From an uncultured Candidatus Saccharibacteria bacterium (lineage in GTDB: Bacteria > Patescibacteriota > Minisyncoccia > Phycocordibacterales > CSBR16-119): a stretch of DNA of 41,684 bases. The notes beneath the pieces were generated by a model. That model was not told the origin of the DNA. It saw nothing but the letters and a program-made list of their open reading frames with translations, and did not search any database. Position numbers and translations under genes: made by a program. Below are positions 1-9,180 of the stretch, one piece after another (within the stretch, counting starts at the first letter, position 1; each line of letters begins with the position of its first letter). The stretch spans positions 1-41,684 of the forward strand of contig CAZTRC010000006.1 in the NCBI GenBank assembly GCA_964615845.1, in the 5' to 3' direction.

Positions 1-422
<422 letters not shown>

Positions 423-444
423 GATTTAAGAATTAAGATTTAAG

Positions 445-864
445 ATGAACGGACTCGAATTAAAAATTATCACGCCGGACAGAATCGTGTATGACTCGAT
501 GGGTATTTCGTCTGTGACAATTCCGACCAAAGAAGGTGAGATTACGGTTTTGCCAGGGCACATTCCACTCATCGCGCCGATCAAGACTGGTGAAGCGCAT
601 TTGGTCAAAGACGGAGTGACGCTTGGCCTCGCTGTCTCCGGCGGAATTCTCGAAGTCCGTGATGGCAACACCATCGTCATCTTGGCCGAACGCGGAGAAC
701 TTGCGCATGACATCGACATCGCCCGCGCCGAAGATGCATATGAACGTGCAAAACTTGCCATGAAAGCTGATCAAAATATTGCTGACGTCGATTACGCTCG
801 CTTCGAAGCGCTGATGGAAAAAGAACTGAATCGTATCAACGTAGGGAAGAAGTGGAGGAAATAA
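445..864 (+). CDS. atpC: F0F1 ATP synthase subunit epsilon
   Basis: 139 aa. MNGLELKIITPDRIVYD...VSGGILEV matches the epsilon beta-sandwich plus C-terminal helices, and the gene lies 22 nt after atpD. Confidence 0.9.
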   Translation: MNGLELKIITPDRIVYDSMGISSVTIPTKEGEITVLPGHIPLIAPIKTGEAHLVKDGVTLGLAVSGGILEVRDGNTIVILAERGELAHDIDIARAEDAYERAKLAMKADQNIADVDYARFEALMEKELNRINVGKKWRK

Positions 865-867
865 TTT

Positions 868-1329
868 ATGGAAACAGAACCGAAACCACAGTTGAAAGAA
901 TATGGGAACTGGATTAAGGGCGACCTAAAGAAAGAGGGTGGCGAGCTTGAGAGGACCCTGATTACTTTCTTCGGAGAGGAATTTTCGTACCAAAATAAGA
1001 AAGAGGTCTACGAAGAAATTTTAGAGTTGTATCAGTCCGCTGAGTTAGAGTCCCTAAATGATAAGATGTGGTCCGATTTGGAAAACACAGAATCGTGGAG
1101 TGTTCCTATGGGCGATTTTAATGAAGTCTCTCGTATTGTTGGCGATAAAAGAGATTGGGCATCCTTAAGAGATTCATTTCAAGAAAACAACGAAATGGAA
1201 GCCCCTATCATTGCACATTTACCCAATGGAAAATATCACTTGATTTCAGGCAATACACGTTTGTGTGTTGCAAAAGCTTCTGGAATACGATCAAAGGTGT
1301 TCATTCTGGAATTACCAGACTTTAAATAA
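868..1329 (+). CDS. Hypothetical protein with a ParB/sulfiredoxin-like C-terminal motif
   Basis: 153 aa. The ATG is 3 nt after the atpC stop, so it is probably co-transcribed. PIIAHLPNGKYHLISGNTRLCVAKASGIRSKVFIL fits the ParB N-domain pattern (G-x-Y-x-hIxG-xxR-xxA-xxxG). The assignment rests on this motif only. Confidence 0.55.
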   Translation: METEPKPQLKEYGNWIKGDLKKEGGELERTLITFFGEEFSYQNKKEVYEEILELYQSAELESLNDKMWSDLENTESWSVPMGDFNEVSRIVGDKRDWASLRDSFQENNEMEAPIIAHLPNGKYHLISGNTRLCVAKASGIRSKVFILELPDFK

Positions 1330-1338
1330 AAGCGAGAA

Positions 1339-1364
1339 CCCCGTCTCCGGTGAAGGAAACGGGG
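1339..1364. terminator. Hairpin between convergent genes (probable bidirectional terminator)
   Basis: ccccgtctcc (1339-1348) pairs with ggaaacgggg (1355-1364) with one mismatch. The minus strand continues ttctcgcttttattt. Confidence 0.6.
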
Positions 1365-1381
1365 CTCGTTGTGAAGAAGGT

Positions 1382-1762
1382 TCAGCAGGAAGGGAAGGCA
1401 TGTTGCGGCAACGAACGTCCGACGATCCGGCCACCGTCCCTCCTTTCAATATGGGAGATGAGGTAGGCAAGGGTCGCATGTGTCGGCGTACTTTCCGACT
1501 CAACATGGATCGATGTCGCATCGTAGCGCGATCTCAAGGCCCCCCGTCCCCGAGGTTTACCGCCGCAAACCCTCTCTCGGATGATCTCGGATGTCCCTCG
1601 GGTGTTTGCCATCACGATGATGGCATTCACACCATTGATCGTCTGGTGATAACCATCGGTGGTCATCAGTGCCATCGTCCTGTGTTTGGGCAGATGTGCC
1701 TTGAGGAAGGCCTTGATGCTATCGAAATCCCGTGGCTGTGTAGCCGAAGTTGACTTTTTCAT
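1382..1762 (-). CDS. Hypothetical protein (G+C-rich orphan cassette)
   Basis: 126-aa ORF with its own promoter (1781-1809) and terminator (1339-1364). The N-terminal half looks protein-like; the C-terminal half is Arg/Gly/Ser-rich, so the gene may be decayed. Confidence 0.45.
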   Translation of the reverse strand: MKKSTSATQPRDFDSIKAFLKAHLPKHRTMALMTTDGYHQTINGVNAIIVMANTRGTSEIIRERVCGGKPRGRGALRSRYDATSIHVESESTPTHATLAYLISHIERRDGGRIVGRSLPQHAFPSC

Positions 1763-1780
1763 GATCGTGGGTTTGTCGGT

Positions 1781-1809
1781 ACTATATCAGATATTAGCTA
1801 TAGTGTCAA
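1781..1809 (-). promoter_or_regulatory. Sigma70-type promoter TTGACA-N17-TATAGT for 1382..1762
   Basis: On the minus strand: TTGACA (plus 1804-1809), a 17-nt spacer, then TATAGT (plus 1781-1786). There are 18 nt to the ATG. Confidence 0.6.
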
Positions 1810-1833
1810 GTATAAGTAATTTTAGCCTTACGC

Positions 1834-1839
1834 TACAAT
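1834..1839 (+). promoter_or_regulatory. -10 box TACAAT placed 6 nt before the rsmI ATG (leaderless arrangement)
   Basis: TACAAT at 1834-1839 and ATG at 1846. There is no SD-like sequence. Confidence 0.5.
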
Positions 1840-1845
1840 ACTTTT

Positions 1846-2538
1846 ATGCAAACCGGTATTTTATACGTCGTCGCGACGCCGATAGGGAACTTGGGGGACA
1901 TGACTCTCCGGGCCATAGAAACGCTTAAAAGCGTGGATTTGGTGCTCTGCGAGGACACCCGAGTGACCAAACATCTCCTCGATCACTACGTTATCGGCAC
2001 GGGGACCATGAGCTATCACGCCCAATCCAAACTCTCAAAACATGAGAAGATTATTGAAATGCTTCGCGAAGGGAAGTCACTCGCGCTTGTCTCTGACGCC
2101 GGTACACCGACGATCTCTGATCCGGGAGTCATGCTGATCGAGATGATAAAGAAGGAATTGCCTGAAGTAAAAATCATCGCCATCCCCGGAGCATCAGCCC
2201 TGACCGCCGCACTTTCAATTTCTGGAATTCCAAGCCCACAATTCACTTTTTATGGATTCCTCCCACACAAGAAGGGCAGGGAAACGATATTCAAAGAAAT
2301 CTCGAATGGAGGTCGGACCTCCATTCGTACTTCTGTTTTTTATGAATCTCCGCATAGGATTATGAAGACGCTCGAGTCTTTAGAAAAACATCTTGGAAAA
2401 GATAGAAAAGTCGTCATCGCCCGAGAACTCACAAAAATATTTGAAGAAACTGTTTCCGGTAGGGCTTCGGAGGTCCTAAACTATTTCAAAAACAATCCTG
2501 ATAAGGTCCGGGGTGAATTCGTCGTCATAATTTCTTAA
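1846..2538 (+). CDS. rsmI: 16S rRNA (cytidine1402-2'-O)-methyltransferase
   Basis: 230 aa. GILYVVATPIGNLGDMTLRAIETLKSVDLVLCEDTR and SDAGTPTISDPG are hallmark RsmI/tetrapyrrole-methylase-fold motifs. Confidence 0.9.
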   Translation: MQTGILYVVATPIGNLGDMTLRAIETLKSVDLVLCEDTRVTKHLLDHYVIGTGTMSYHAQSKLSKHEKIIEMLREGKSLALVSDAGTPTISDPGVMLIEMIKKELPEVKIIAIPGASALTAALSISGIPSPQFTFYGFLPHKKGRETIFKEISNGGRTSIRTSVFYESPHRIMKTLESLEKHLGKDRKVVIARELTKIFEETVSGRASEVLNYFKNNPDKVRGEFVVIIS

Positions 2539-2589
2539 TTCACACCTCGATTTCAAGGGATTTTAAAGGTTTCCCTGTATAATATCTGC

Positions 2590-2874
2590 ATGACCAAAGA
2601 AAAATCCCTTTTGATATTAGGAATCATCGTTATCGCTTTGCCGAATCTCGGCTTTCCGAACGGACTTGAAAAAATAATTTTCGCCGTGCTTGGCGTCCTC
2701 GTTATCATTGCCGCTTACGCTATGCATTTCGAGAAAAACAAAAAGACGAAAACGAAGAAGTCCATCTCGCAACCAGTTGAAGACAATTCTGTCGTCGTGG
2801 CCAAAACTCCGACCAAAGAAGAAATTACCGGATTTACTTATATTAAAAAAGATGTAACCAATGATCTCCCGTAA
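2590..2874 (+). CDS. Small membrane protein, hypothetical
   Basis: 94 aa with two hydrophobic segments and then a Lys-rich linker. TATAAT at 2578-2583 lies 6 nt before the ATG. Confidence 0.55.
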   Translation: MTKEKSLLILGIIVIALPNLGFPNGLEKIIFAVLGVLVIIAAYAMHFEKNKKTKTKKSISQPVEDNSVVVAKTPTKEEITGFTYIKKDVTNDLP

Positions 2875-4021
2875 GCACTTTTTGCTTGTCCTCGGACTCG
2901 CGATCATCATGGTCGGAGTTTACTTGTATGCTCCGTCAAAATTCTATTCCGAAAATGTCTTGGCTAATGAGAACTTTTTCCTCGGCTCTGTCATCAAGCT
3001 TCCAGATATCGAACGCGGTGTTCGTCACATCAAAACTCCCGATCCGGTCAAGGCTATCTACATGACGAGTTGGGTCGCGGGCACCAGCAGTATGCGCGAA
3101 CGTCTCATCACTCTTATCGACGAGACGGAAGTCAACGCTGTCATCATCGACATCAAGGACGACACGGGCAAGATATCGTACCTCATCGAAAGCGAGCCGT
3201 TCAAGAGCCTCGAATCTTCAGAAAATAGAATTCCGAATATCCAAGAATTCATCGCGAGGCTCCATGACAAAAATATTTATGTCATCGGCCGTATTGCGAC
3301 ATTTCAAGATCCGTATCTCATCAAGAAGTGGCCATCCGAAGCCGTGAAGACCAAGACTGACAAGGAGAAACTTTGGCGTGACAGGAAGGGTATAGGATGG
3401 TTTGATGCTGGCAGTCCCAAGGTTTGGGGCTATGTCGTCGCGCTTGCCGAAGAATCATACCGCGTCGGTTTCGACGAAATCAATTTTGATTACGTTAGAT
3501 TTCCATCAGACGGCAACATGCAAGACATTTATTTTCCTTTGAGCGAAGGCAAGACCAAACCTGAAGTCCTCGAATCTTTCTTCGCGCACCTCGACGAGAA
3601 ACTCCGCACCGATGAAAAACCAATTCCGATATCAGTCGACATTTTCGGCATGACCACGACCAACACCGACGATCTCGGCATCGGCCAAGTCCTGGAGAAA
3701 ACTCTTCCTTATTTTGATTTTGTCGCGCCGATGGTTTACCCGTCGCATTATCCCAACACTTGGAGTGGCATCAAAAATCCTGCTGAACAGCCTTATGAAG
3801 TTATAAAAATTGCCATGGCAAAAGCTGTTGAGCGTGCCACCGCTATGGGCGAAGATCCGCAAAAGCTCCGACCCTGGCTTCAGGACTTCAACCTCGGCGC
3901 CACCTACACCGCGGAGATGGTCCGGGCTCAAATCCAAGCGACTTATGACGTCGGACTCGACTCATGGTTCATCTGGGATCCGAAAAATATTTATACCAAA
4001 AAGGCGTTATTGTCCGAATAA
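2861..4021 (+). CDS. Putative glycoside hydrolase (DUF4015/COG1306-like TIM barrel), membrane anchored
   Basis: 386 aa with an N-terminal TM segment. AVIIDIKDDTGKISY and FDEINFDYVRFPSDG resemble the DUF4015 family. Confidence 0.7.
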   Translation: MISRKHFLLVLGLAIIMVGVYLYAPSKFYSENVLANENFFLGSVIKLPDIERGVRHIKTPDPVKAIYMTSWVAGTSSMRERLITLIDETEVNAVIIDIKDDTGKISYLIESEPFKSLESSENRIPNIQEFIARLHDKNIYVIGRIATFQDPYLIKKWPSEAVKTKTDKEKLWRDRKGIGWFDAGSPKVWGYVVALAEESYRVGFDEINFDYVRFPSDGNMQDIYFPLSEGKTKPEVLESFFAHLDEKLRTDEKPIPISVDIFGMTTTNTDDLGIGQVLEKTLPYFDFVAPMVYPSHYPNTWSGIKNPAEQPYEVIKIAMAKAVERATAMGEDPQKLRPWLQDFNLGATYTAEMVRAQIQATYDVGLDSWFIWDPKNIYTKKALLSE

Positions 4022-4050
4022 AAATGGGCATGCTATAATCACCCGGTATT

Positions 4051-5274
4051 ATGGAAGATTACACTAAATTAAAATCAAGACACATCGCCGTAACCCTATG
4101 CCTGGTCATCCTCGCGCTCGTTGCTGGTATCTACATCGGCTACAAAAATAGTTTTATTTCGGGCGAGCTTAGCAGCGCTTCTAGCAGTGAAATTCCGGAA
4201 GATTTGCAAAAACGTGACGCCTTTGAACAATTCTATAAAGTCTGGAGCCTGATGGAACAAAAGCACATCCACGGACTAGAAACTGCGAGTGAAGAAAAGA
4301 TGTGGGGCGCAATCGAAGGCCTCGTCGATTCGCTCGAAGACCCTTACTCAGTTTTCTTGCCACCGACAGAGAATGAGAATTTCAACATCGATTTACGCGG
4401 TGAATTTTCTGGTGTCGGCATGGAAGTCGGACTTCGAGAAGATGGTCTGACGGTGATCGCTCCGCTCAAAGGTTCACCGGCCGAAAAAGCTGGCATGATG
4501 GCTGGAGACTTAATTCTCAAAATCGATGACACGATTACCTCGGGGCTCGATGTCGACGCGGCGGTTGATCTCATCCGCGGAGAGAAGGGAACGTCTGTAA
4601 TTGTCACTATCCTTCGGGAAGGCGAAGAAAGTAGCCGTGAGATAACCATTGTTCGTGACACTGTCCGCATCCCGGTCATTGAGACAGAGTATCGAGCAAA
4701 AGAAGATGTCTTCATCATCAGACTGTTTAGCTTCAACGAAAGTTCCGAACAGAAATTTGAAGAGGCTCTGACTGAGTTCGCTGATTCTGACGCAGACAAT
4801 CTCATCGTCGACTTCAGAAACAATCCGGGCGGATTCTTGAGCGCCGCAATCGACATTTCAAGCTGGTTCTTGCCAGAAGGTGAGACCGTTGTGATTGAGA
4901 GGGGCAGGGAAGAGAAATACAACAAAGAATACACTAGTGGTGGACACTTCTTGAGCGGAGAATACGAAATGGCGATCTTGGTCAATGGCGGTTCGGCTTC
5001 AGCCTCGGAAATTGTCGCTGGCGCGCTCCAAGAACATGGCCGAGCCAAGCTCGTCGGTACACAGACTTACGGTAAAGGTTCAGTCCAAGAACTCATCAAG
5101 ATGAAGGATGACACGGCCCTGAAACTCACTGTGGCTGAATGGCTCACGCCAGGAGGTCTCTCGATTTCGAAAGAGGGATTGACGCCAGATGTCGTCATCG
5201 AACTTGACGCTGACAAACTTGAGAAGAATGGAATTGATACACAGCTCGAAGAAGCGATTAAAATATTGAAATAA
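4051..5274 (+). CDS. ctpA: Carboxy-terminal processing protease (S41) with PDZ domain
   Basis: 407 aa. GVGMEV...[23 protein letters not shown] is a PDZ domain. [11 protein letters not shown] and [16 protein letters not shown] are the S41 catalytic-region motifs. Confidence 0.88.
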   Translation: MEDYTKLKSRHIAVTLCLVILALVAGIYIGYKNSFISGELSSASSSEIPEDLQKRDAFEQFYKVWSLMEQKHIHGLETASEEKMWGAIEGLVDSLEDPYSVFLPPTENENFNIDLRGEFSGVGMEVGLREDGLTVIAPLKGSPAEKAGMMAGDLILKIDDTITSGLDVDAAVDLIRGEKGTSVIVTILREGEESSREITIVRDTVRIPVIETEYRAKEDVFIIRLFSFNESSEQKFEEALTEFADSDADNLIVDFRNNPGGFLSAAIDISSWFLPEGETVVIERGREEKYNKEYTSGGHFLSGEYEMAILVNGGSASASEIVAGALQEHGRAKLVGTQTYGKGSVQELIKMKDDTALKLTVAEWLTPGGLSISKEGLTPDVVIELDADKLEKNGIDTQLEEAIKILK

Positions 5275-5276
5275 AA

Positions 5277-5714
5277 ATGAAAGTCATATTTCTCCAGAGT
5301 GTAAAGAAGAAGGGCCAGAAAGACGAAGTCAAAGAAATCGGTGATGGCTTCGCGCGCAATTTCCTCATTCCGCAAAAGCTCGCTGTCGAAGCCACGCCAA
5401 ACGCCCTAAATGATCTGAAGAAAAGGATAGACGCGAAAGCAGGGAAGACCGAAAAGCATTCCAAAGAATTCCAGAGCGCGCTCGACAAACTCGCGGAATT
5501 TACTTTAATTATCAAAAAGAAAGCGAGTCCTGAAGGCCATCTTTTCTCAGGCATTACAGTCAAAGAAATTCTCTCGCTCCTCAAAGAAAAAGAAATCCGC
5601 CTCGACGAGAAGAATCTGGACCTACGAAGCCCAATCAAAAAGGTTGGGGAACTCGAACTCCCAATCATCGGCGCAGAAGGACGCAGTCTCAAAATTTTGA
5701 TAGAAGGAGAGTAA
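5277..5714 (+). CDS. rplI: 50S ribosomal protein L9
   Basis: 145 aa. [36 protein letters not shown] is the canonical L9 N-terminus. Confidence 0.92.
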   Translation: MKVIFLQSVKKKGQKDEVKEIGDGFARNFLIPQKLAVEATPNALNDLKKRIDAKAGKTEKHSKEFQSALDKLAEFTLIIKKKASPEGHLFSGITVKEILSLLKEKEIRLDEKNLDLRSPIKKVGELELPIIGAEGRSLKILIEGE

Positions 5715-5913
5715 CGCTTCACAAAATTGGCTTTTCTTCACCCTCCAAGATCGCTTCGCTATAGTTCTCGGGTTCAGAAAAGCCAATTTTGCTACGCTTG
5801 AAATGGGAAGCGAAGCGAGTCGGGGCTTTTGAGAATCCGAGGACCTTAGTGCGCAGACACGCTTTCGCAGGATTTGAAAAAGCCCCGGCGAGCGGAGCTT
5901 TTTCGTGAAGCGT
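5713..5913. other. Multi-stem structured intergenic element (candidate ncRNA or compound terminator)
   Basis: Nested perfect inverted repeats: 5713-5721/5905-5913 (9 bp) and 5723-5736/5777-5790 (14 bp). 5751-5760/5809-5818 (10 bp) overlaps the 14-bp hairpin's loop, so it is an alternative or pseudoknot pairing rather than nested. 5821-5838/5870-5887 is 18 bp with a tandem GA/AG mismatch and one G-U that exists only on the plus strand. No ORF is present. Confidence 0.5.
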
Positions 5914-5943
5914 CTTTTATGAGTATGTTTTGCGAAGCGCCCT

Positions 5944-6222
5944 TTATTTCGTTACGACGTGAATGATTTTGTGGACTTTGGATTTGTTGTCGAAACCAGT
6001 TTTGCGCTTGGTGCCGATCTTTACGACTCCGGCCTTGAGGGCGTGGATGGTGTGGTCTTTGCCCATATCAGTGTTGTTGCCAGGCATGAATTTAGTACCA
6101 CGCTGACGCATGATGATGGAGCCCGCATTGGCGAATTGGCCATCTGCAATCTTTAGCCCCAGGTATTTAGGGTTTGAATCTCTTAAGTTTCTAGCTGTTC
6201 CGCCGGCTTTTCTATGTGCCAT
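5944..6222 (-). CDS. rpmA: 50S ribosomal protein L27
   Basis: 92 aa. [24 protein letters not shown]...RQRGTKF..G.N.GMGKDHT matches the L27 signature. Confidence 0.93.
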   Translation of the reverse strand: MAHRKAGGTARNLRDSNPKYLGLKIADGQFANAGSIIMRQRGTKFMPGNNTDMGKDHTIHALKAGVVKIGTKRKTGFDNKSKVHKIIHVVTK

Positions 6223-6286
6223 ATTGGTGTATGAATAATCGTTTTAAGAGCCCACATTATAGGATAAAGCCAAATAAAAAGCAATA

Positions 6287-6295
6287 TGGTAGAAT
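6287..6295 (+). promoter_or_regulatory. Extended -10 (TGgTAGAAT) 6 nt before the ATG at 6302 (leaderless arrangement)
   Basis: TGGTAGAAT at 6287-6295, 6 nt (tgggac), then the ATG. Confidence 0.55.
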
Positions 6296-6301
6296 TGGGA
6301 C

Positions 6302-7054
6302 ATGAAAAACGCGCTTATTTTCATACTGATAATCGCCCTCGGCACGACCATCTATTTCCTCGTCCGCAAGGATAGGGTGGGGGAGGATGCCCCACCTCCG
6401 GAGGAAGAAAACGTCTTGGAGCCTATTGATGATGAGCCTCGTGACGACCTTTTTGAGGCAGAAGAGGGGAGAGAAATCACCGAAGAGGCCGAATTTTTAA
6501 CCATCAAGGCCGCATATCCGGCTTTTGGTGATGTACAAATCGATCAAGACATAAAAGCCCTAGTTCAAAAGGAAATCAGCGCGTTCAAATCAGAAAACAA
6601 TACTTCGTATCCAGGACAGACGAACAAGAACTCACTCGAGATAACTTATCGCCTCGAGAAAGGGGATGACTTCACCGCAATCGTATTTTCCAGTGCGACC
6701 TACACCGGCGGCGCGCATGGAAATCTCGTGATCAAGACGCTGGTCTACGAAAACTCTGGCGAAGAGGTTTCGATCGGGAGCTTATTCGCGCCAGGCTCAG
6801 AATATCTCTCAAAGCTCTCGGAAATTTCTCGCACCAAACTAAAAACCAAGATGGGCGAAAATCTCGGCGCTTGGGCAGACGAGGGGACATCTCCGACAAG
6901 CGATAACTTCGGGGCTTTCTACATCACGGGTGACGACACGCTCAATATCATCTTCCAGCCATACCAAGTTGCGCCATGGTCTGCGGGCGTACCGTCCATC
7001 TCTATCGATCTTCATGACGAGCTTGGCGATATATTAAATCAAAATCTTTTCTAA
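6302..7054 (+). CDS. DUF3298/DUF4163 domain protein (RsiV/PdaC-like), membrane anchored
   Basis: 250 aa with an N-terminal TM segment. SSATYTGGAHGN and IIFQPYQVAPWSAGVPSISI are typical of the DUF4163+DUF3298 pair. Confidence 0.75.
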   Translation: MKNALIFILIIALGTTIYFLVRKDRVGEDAPPPEEENVLEPIDDEPRDDLFEAEEGREITEEAEFLTIKAAYPAFGDVQIDQDIKALVQKEISAFKSENNTSYPGQTNKNSLEITYRLEKGDDFTAIVFSSATYTGGAHGNLVIKTLVYENSGEEVSIGSLFAPGSEYLSKLSEISRTKLKTKMGENLGAWADEGTSPTSDNFGAFYITGDDTLNIIFQPYQVAPWSAGVPSISIDLHDELGDILNQNLF

Positions 7055-7060
7055 ACTAAA

Positions 7061-7390
7061 ATGCTCCAGAAATTTAATTTGGACAAAAAATCAATCTTGC
7101 TATCGCTCATCATAATTTTGACCACGTCAGCATCCTTTGGTCTCGGCAGGCTTTCGATCGTAGAGAAGTACAAGGCAAATGATGAAGTGGCTATCATTAC
7201 ACCCAAACTCCAGAACCTGGATATGGACGAATCGCTCTTCAAGTTTGTCGCTTCCAAAAACGGGACCAAGTACTATCCGATAGGGTGCAAGAGCGCGAGC
7301 CGGATCAAAGAGGAGAACAAAGTCTATTTCTTGACCGTAGAAGAGGCAGAAGGGGCGAACCTCACACCATCCTCGACCTGCGCCTTTTAG
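7061..7390 (+). CDS. Small membrane-anchored protein with an Ada-like metal-binding-type C-terminal domain
   Basis: 109 aa with a TM segment. FVASKNGTKYYPIGCKSASRIKEENKVYFLTVEEAEGANLTPSSTC resembles the Ada N-terminal-like motif (YH..C......I...N...F.S.EEA...G..P...C). Motif level only. Confidence 0.5.
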   Translation: MLQKFNLDKKSILLSLIIILTTSASFGLGRLSIVEKYKANDEVAIITPKLQNLDMDESLFKFVASKNGTKYYPIGCKSASRIKEENKVYFLTVEEAEGANLTPSSTCAF

Positions 7391-7675
7391 CTCTAGGGAA
7401 GCGGGCTTTCTCCTCATAGAACAGTGTCGCACAATATACCTTTCCCGACACTGTCACAGAGGGAGAATCCCCCGCCAACGATTAAAAAACTCTAGCTAAC
7501 AAAGTCGTTGGGCTCCGCTCCCCGTTTGAGTTAGGGTTTGGGTCATTTAGAAATGAATCTGGGGCGAAAGTTTTATACCCCCCTGTTTACCTTACTTGCG
7601 ACTCTTTTTGGAAAATCTGATATTATTTAAACATATGAGAGGTTTTCTTTTTATAAGTCTAATAATTTTTATTGC

Positions 7676-8290
7676 ATGAAAAAGATATATCTTTTGGTAT
7701 TATTTGGATTATTGGCCCCATCCCTGGCCTCCGCTGTCTGGTGGAAACCGAGCACTTGGGTTAAAACTGAAATCCAATACGTTGAAGTGGAGAAAATCGT
7801 AGAAAAACCAGTTGAGATTATAAGAGAGGTCGAGATTGTCGATGAGGATGCGACTCAAGACCCTATTCTTCAGTCAAAAATTGATTCTTTGAATAAAACA
7901 AATGGAAGCTTAAACGCAAAAATCGCTCAACTCGAGGCGCAATTGAAGGCGACTTCGGATTGTCCAACTGCGCCAGCTGCTCCGATAGTTCAGAATGATT
8001 CTTCCAGGATAAATCTTATTAAAGCAAAAATTGCGGAATTAGATTTAGTTAAATTCAATTACGATAATCTGGCATACGATGACGACGTACTAGATATCTT
8101 AAATGAGACCACGGATTTAGAAGGTCGGGCACTCTTCCCTCACCAGGCCTTTAATTGGGGTTATACTCGAGGCGATCAAAATGATACCGAGCTAAGAAGC
8201 TTACCTGAAAGATACAATCTTTGGCAGGTTATAGATAGCTATATTGGAGAGTTAAAAATCGAACTGGCGAAACTTGGCGGATCTTTATAA
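7676..8290 (+). CDS. Secreted coiled-coil protein, hypothetical
   Basis: 204 aa. Signal peptide MKKIYLLVLFGLLAPSLASA, then a heptad-like region (LNAKIAQLEAQLKA). Confidence 0.6.
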   Translation: MKKIYLLVLFGLLAPSLASAVWWKPSTWVKTEIQYVEVEKIVEKPVEIIREVEIVDEDATQDPILQSKIDSLNKTNGSLNAKIAQLEAQLKATSDCPTAPAAPIVQNDSSRINLIKAKIAELDLVKFNYDNLAYDDDVLDILNETTDLEGRALFPHQAFNWGYTRGDQNDTELRSLPERYNLWQVIDSYIGELKIELAKLGGSL

Positions 8291-8310
8291 TAAGATTTCC
8301 ACTGACTTTT

Positions 8311-9174
8311 TTATGGCAAAGTCTCGCAGGCTTGGCCGTCTGTGTCACGATCAAAACCATGCACGTCATTGTTTATGCCGCCGCATGCCAAAAAGACATC
8401 CTGGGCTTCATCTTGGGTCTGGAAATCTGTGCAATTATAAATATCAGACGAGCAGTAATAATTTCCATTATTCGTCGTTGAGTTGGTCGCACCAGAATCA
8501 AAATCAGATACCGGCGCAGCTACGGGCGCAGCAGCATCTCCATCGCATACAGTTGGCGCCCAAAGACCTTTTTGACCGACTTCCGCAGAAGTTTCCGCTG
8601 CTTTAAATTCTGATTGGTATTTGTACGGAACTTCGTAGGTGTACTCATAAGCGTATCCTTCTTCGATCATGTGTTTGTTGTAGAAAAGTCCGTCGTCGCG
8701 GTACACGTATGCCAACAAGCGCCCGTATTTGTCTCGGGTGTCCTGAGTGTCGTCAGACTCAATACGAATCCGTTTCCCTAGCAATAATTCTTTCGCTTTA
8801 TCGGAAGCCTCTTTTCCGAAACACTGAACAGGTTTTCTCGGATCAACGGTTTCCGGAGTGTCGAGTCCGATGAGACGCAGCGTTTCGTCTTTCCCGTTAA
8901 TACTAATTTTAATAGTATCGCCATCTATGACATCTACGACTAAGTGGTATGTAGGATCAGACGTTTGTGTTTGATTTGGAGAAACAGGATTTGTGACAGT
9001 CATCTCTGGGTCAACAGCTACGACAGGATTCGCCATAATAGGCATTTCTTCGACGACAACTTCCCTGCTTTCCGGTAAACTTTCTGGAGTTGCACCACCA
9101 GATGAACCTATCGAACTAATTAGAATAAAAAGTAGCACCAGTCCCCCAAACCCATACATAATTTTTTTGGTCAT
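8311..9174 (-). CDS. Secreted thermonuclease (SNase fold) with a C-terminal Excalibur Ca-binding domain
   Basis: 287 aa with an N-terminal TM/signal segment. VIDGDTIKI...LRLIGLDTPE...CFGKEASDKAKELL...DRYGRLLAYVY-like SNase core. The tail is YYCSSDIYNCTDFQTQDEAQDVF...DRDTDGQACE. Confidence 0.85.
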   Translation of the reverse strand: MTKKIMYGFGGLVLLFILISSIGSSGGATPESLPESREVVVEEMPIMANPVVAVDPEMTVTNPVSPNQTQTSDPTYHLVVDVIDGDTIKISINGKDETLRLIGLDTPETVDPRKPVQCFGKEASDKAKELLLGKRIRIESDDTQDTRDKYGRLLAYVYRDDGLFYNKHMIEEGYAYEYTYEVPYKYQSEFKAAETSAEVGQKGLWAPTVCDGDAAAPVAAPVSDFDSGATNSTTNNGNYYCSSDIYNCTDFQTQDEAQDVFLACGGINNDVHGFDRDTDGQACETLP

Positions 9175-9180
9175 TTTAAA

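Noticed and set aside
1265-1753. 162-aa plus-strand ORF overlapping the end of 868..1329 and all of 1382..1762.
   Set aside because: It reads straight through the 1339-1364 hairpin, has no promoter, and has an Arg/Gly/Cys-rich translation. The minus-strand ORF has a promoter and terminator, though it is itself only moderately convincing.
4344-5048. Long antisense ORFs opposite strongly recognisable genes. Examples are 4344..5048(-), 5258..5722(-), 11292..11825(+), 13682..14209(+), 16056..16640(+), 20505..20987(+), 26090..26689(+), 30021..30632(+), 32086..32637(-), 35477..36070(-) and 40685..41149(+).
   Set aside because: Each lies fully inside a confidently identified gene on the other strand (ctpA, rplI, M23 peptidase, murG, aspS, ABC-F, trpS, dnaB, corA, dnaK). 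Their translations are Ser/Arg/Leu-rich low-complexity sequence with no motifs, which is typical of shadow ORFs.
7635-7679. 14-codon uORF overlapping the start of 7676..8290.
   Set aside because: It is short and hydrophobic, and could simply be a chance ORF in AT-rich promoter DNA. It is mentioned under the 7391-7675 finding but not called as a gene.
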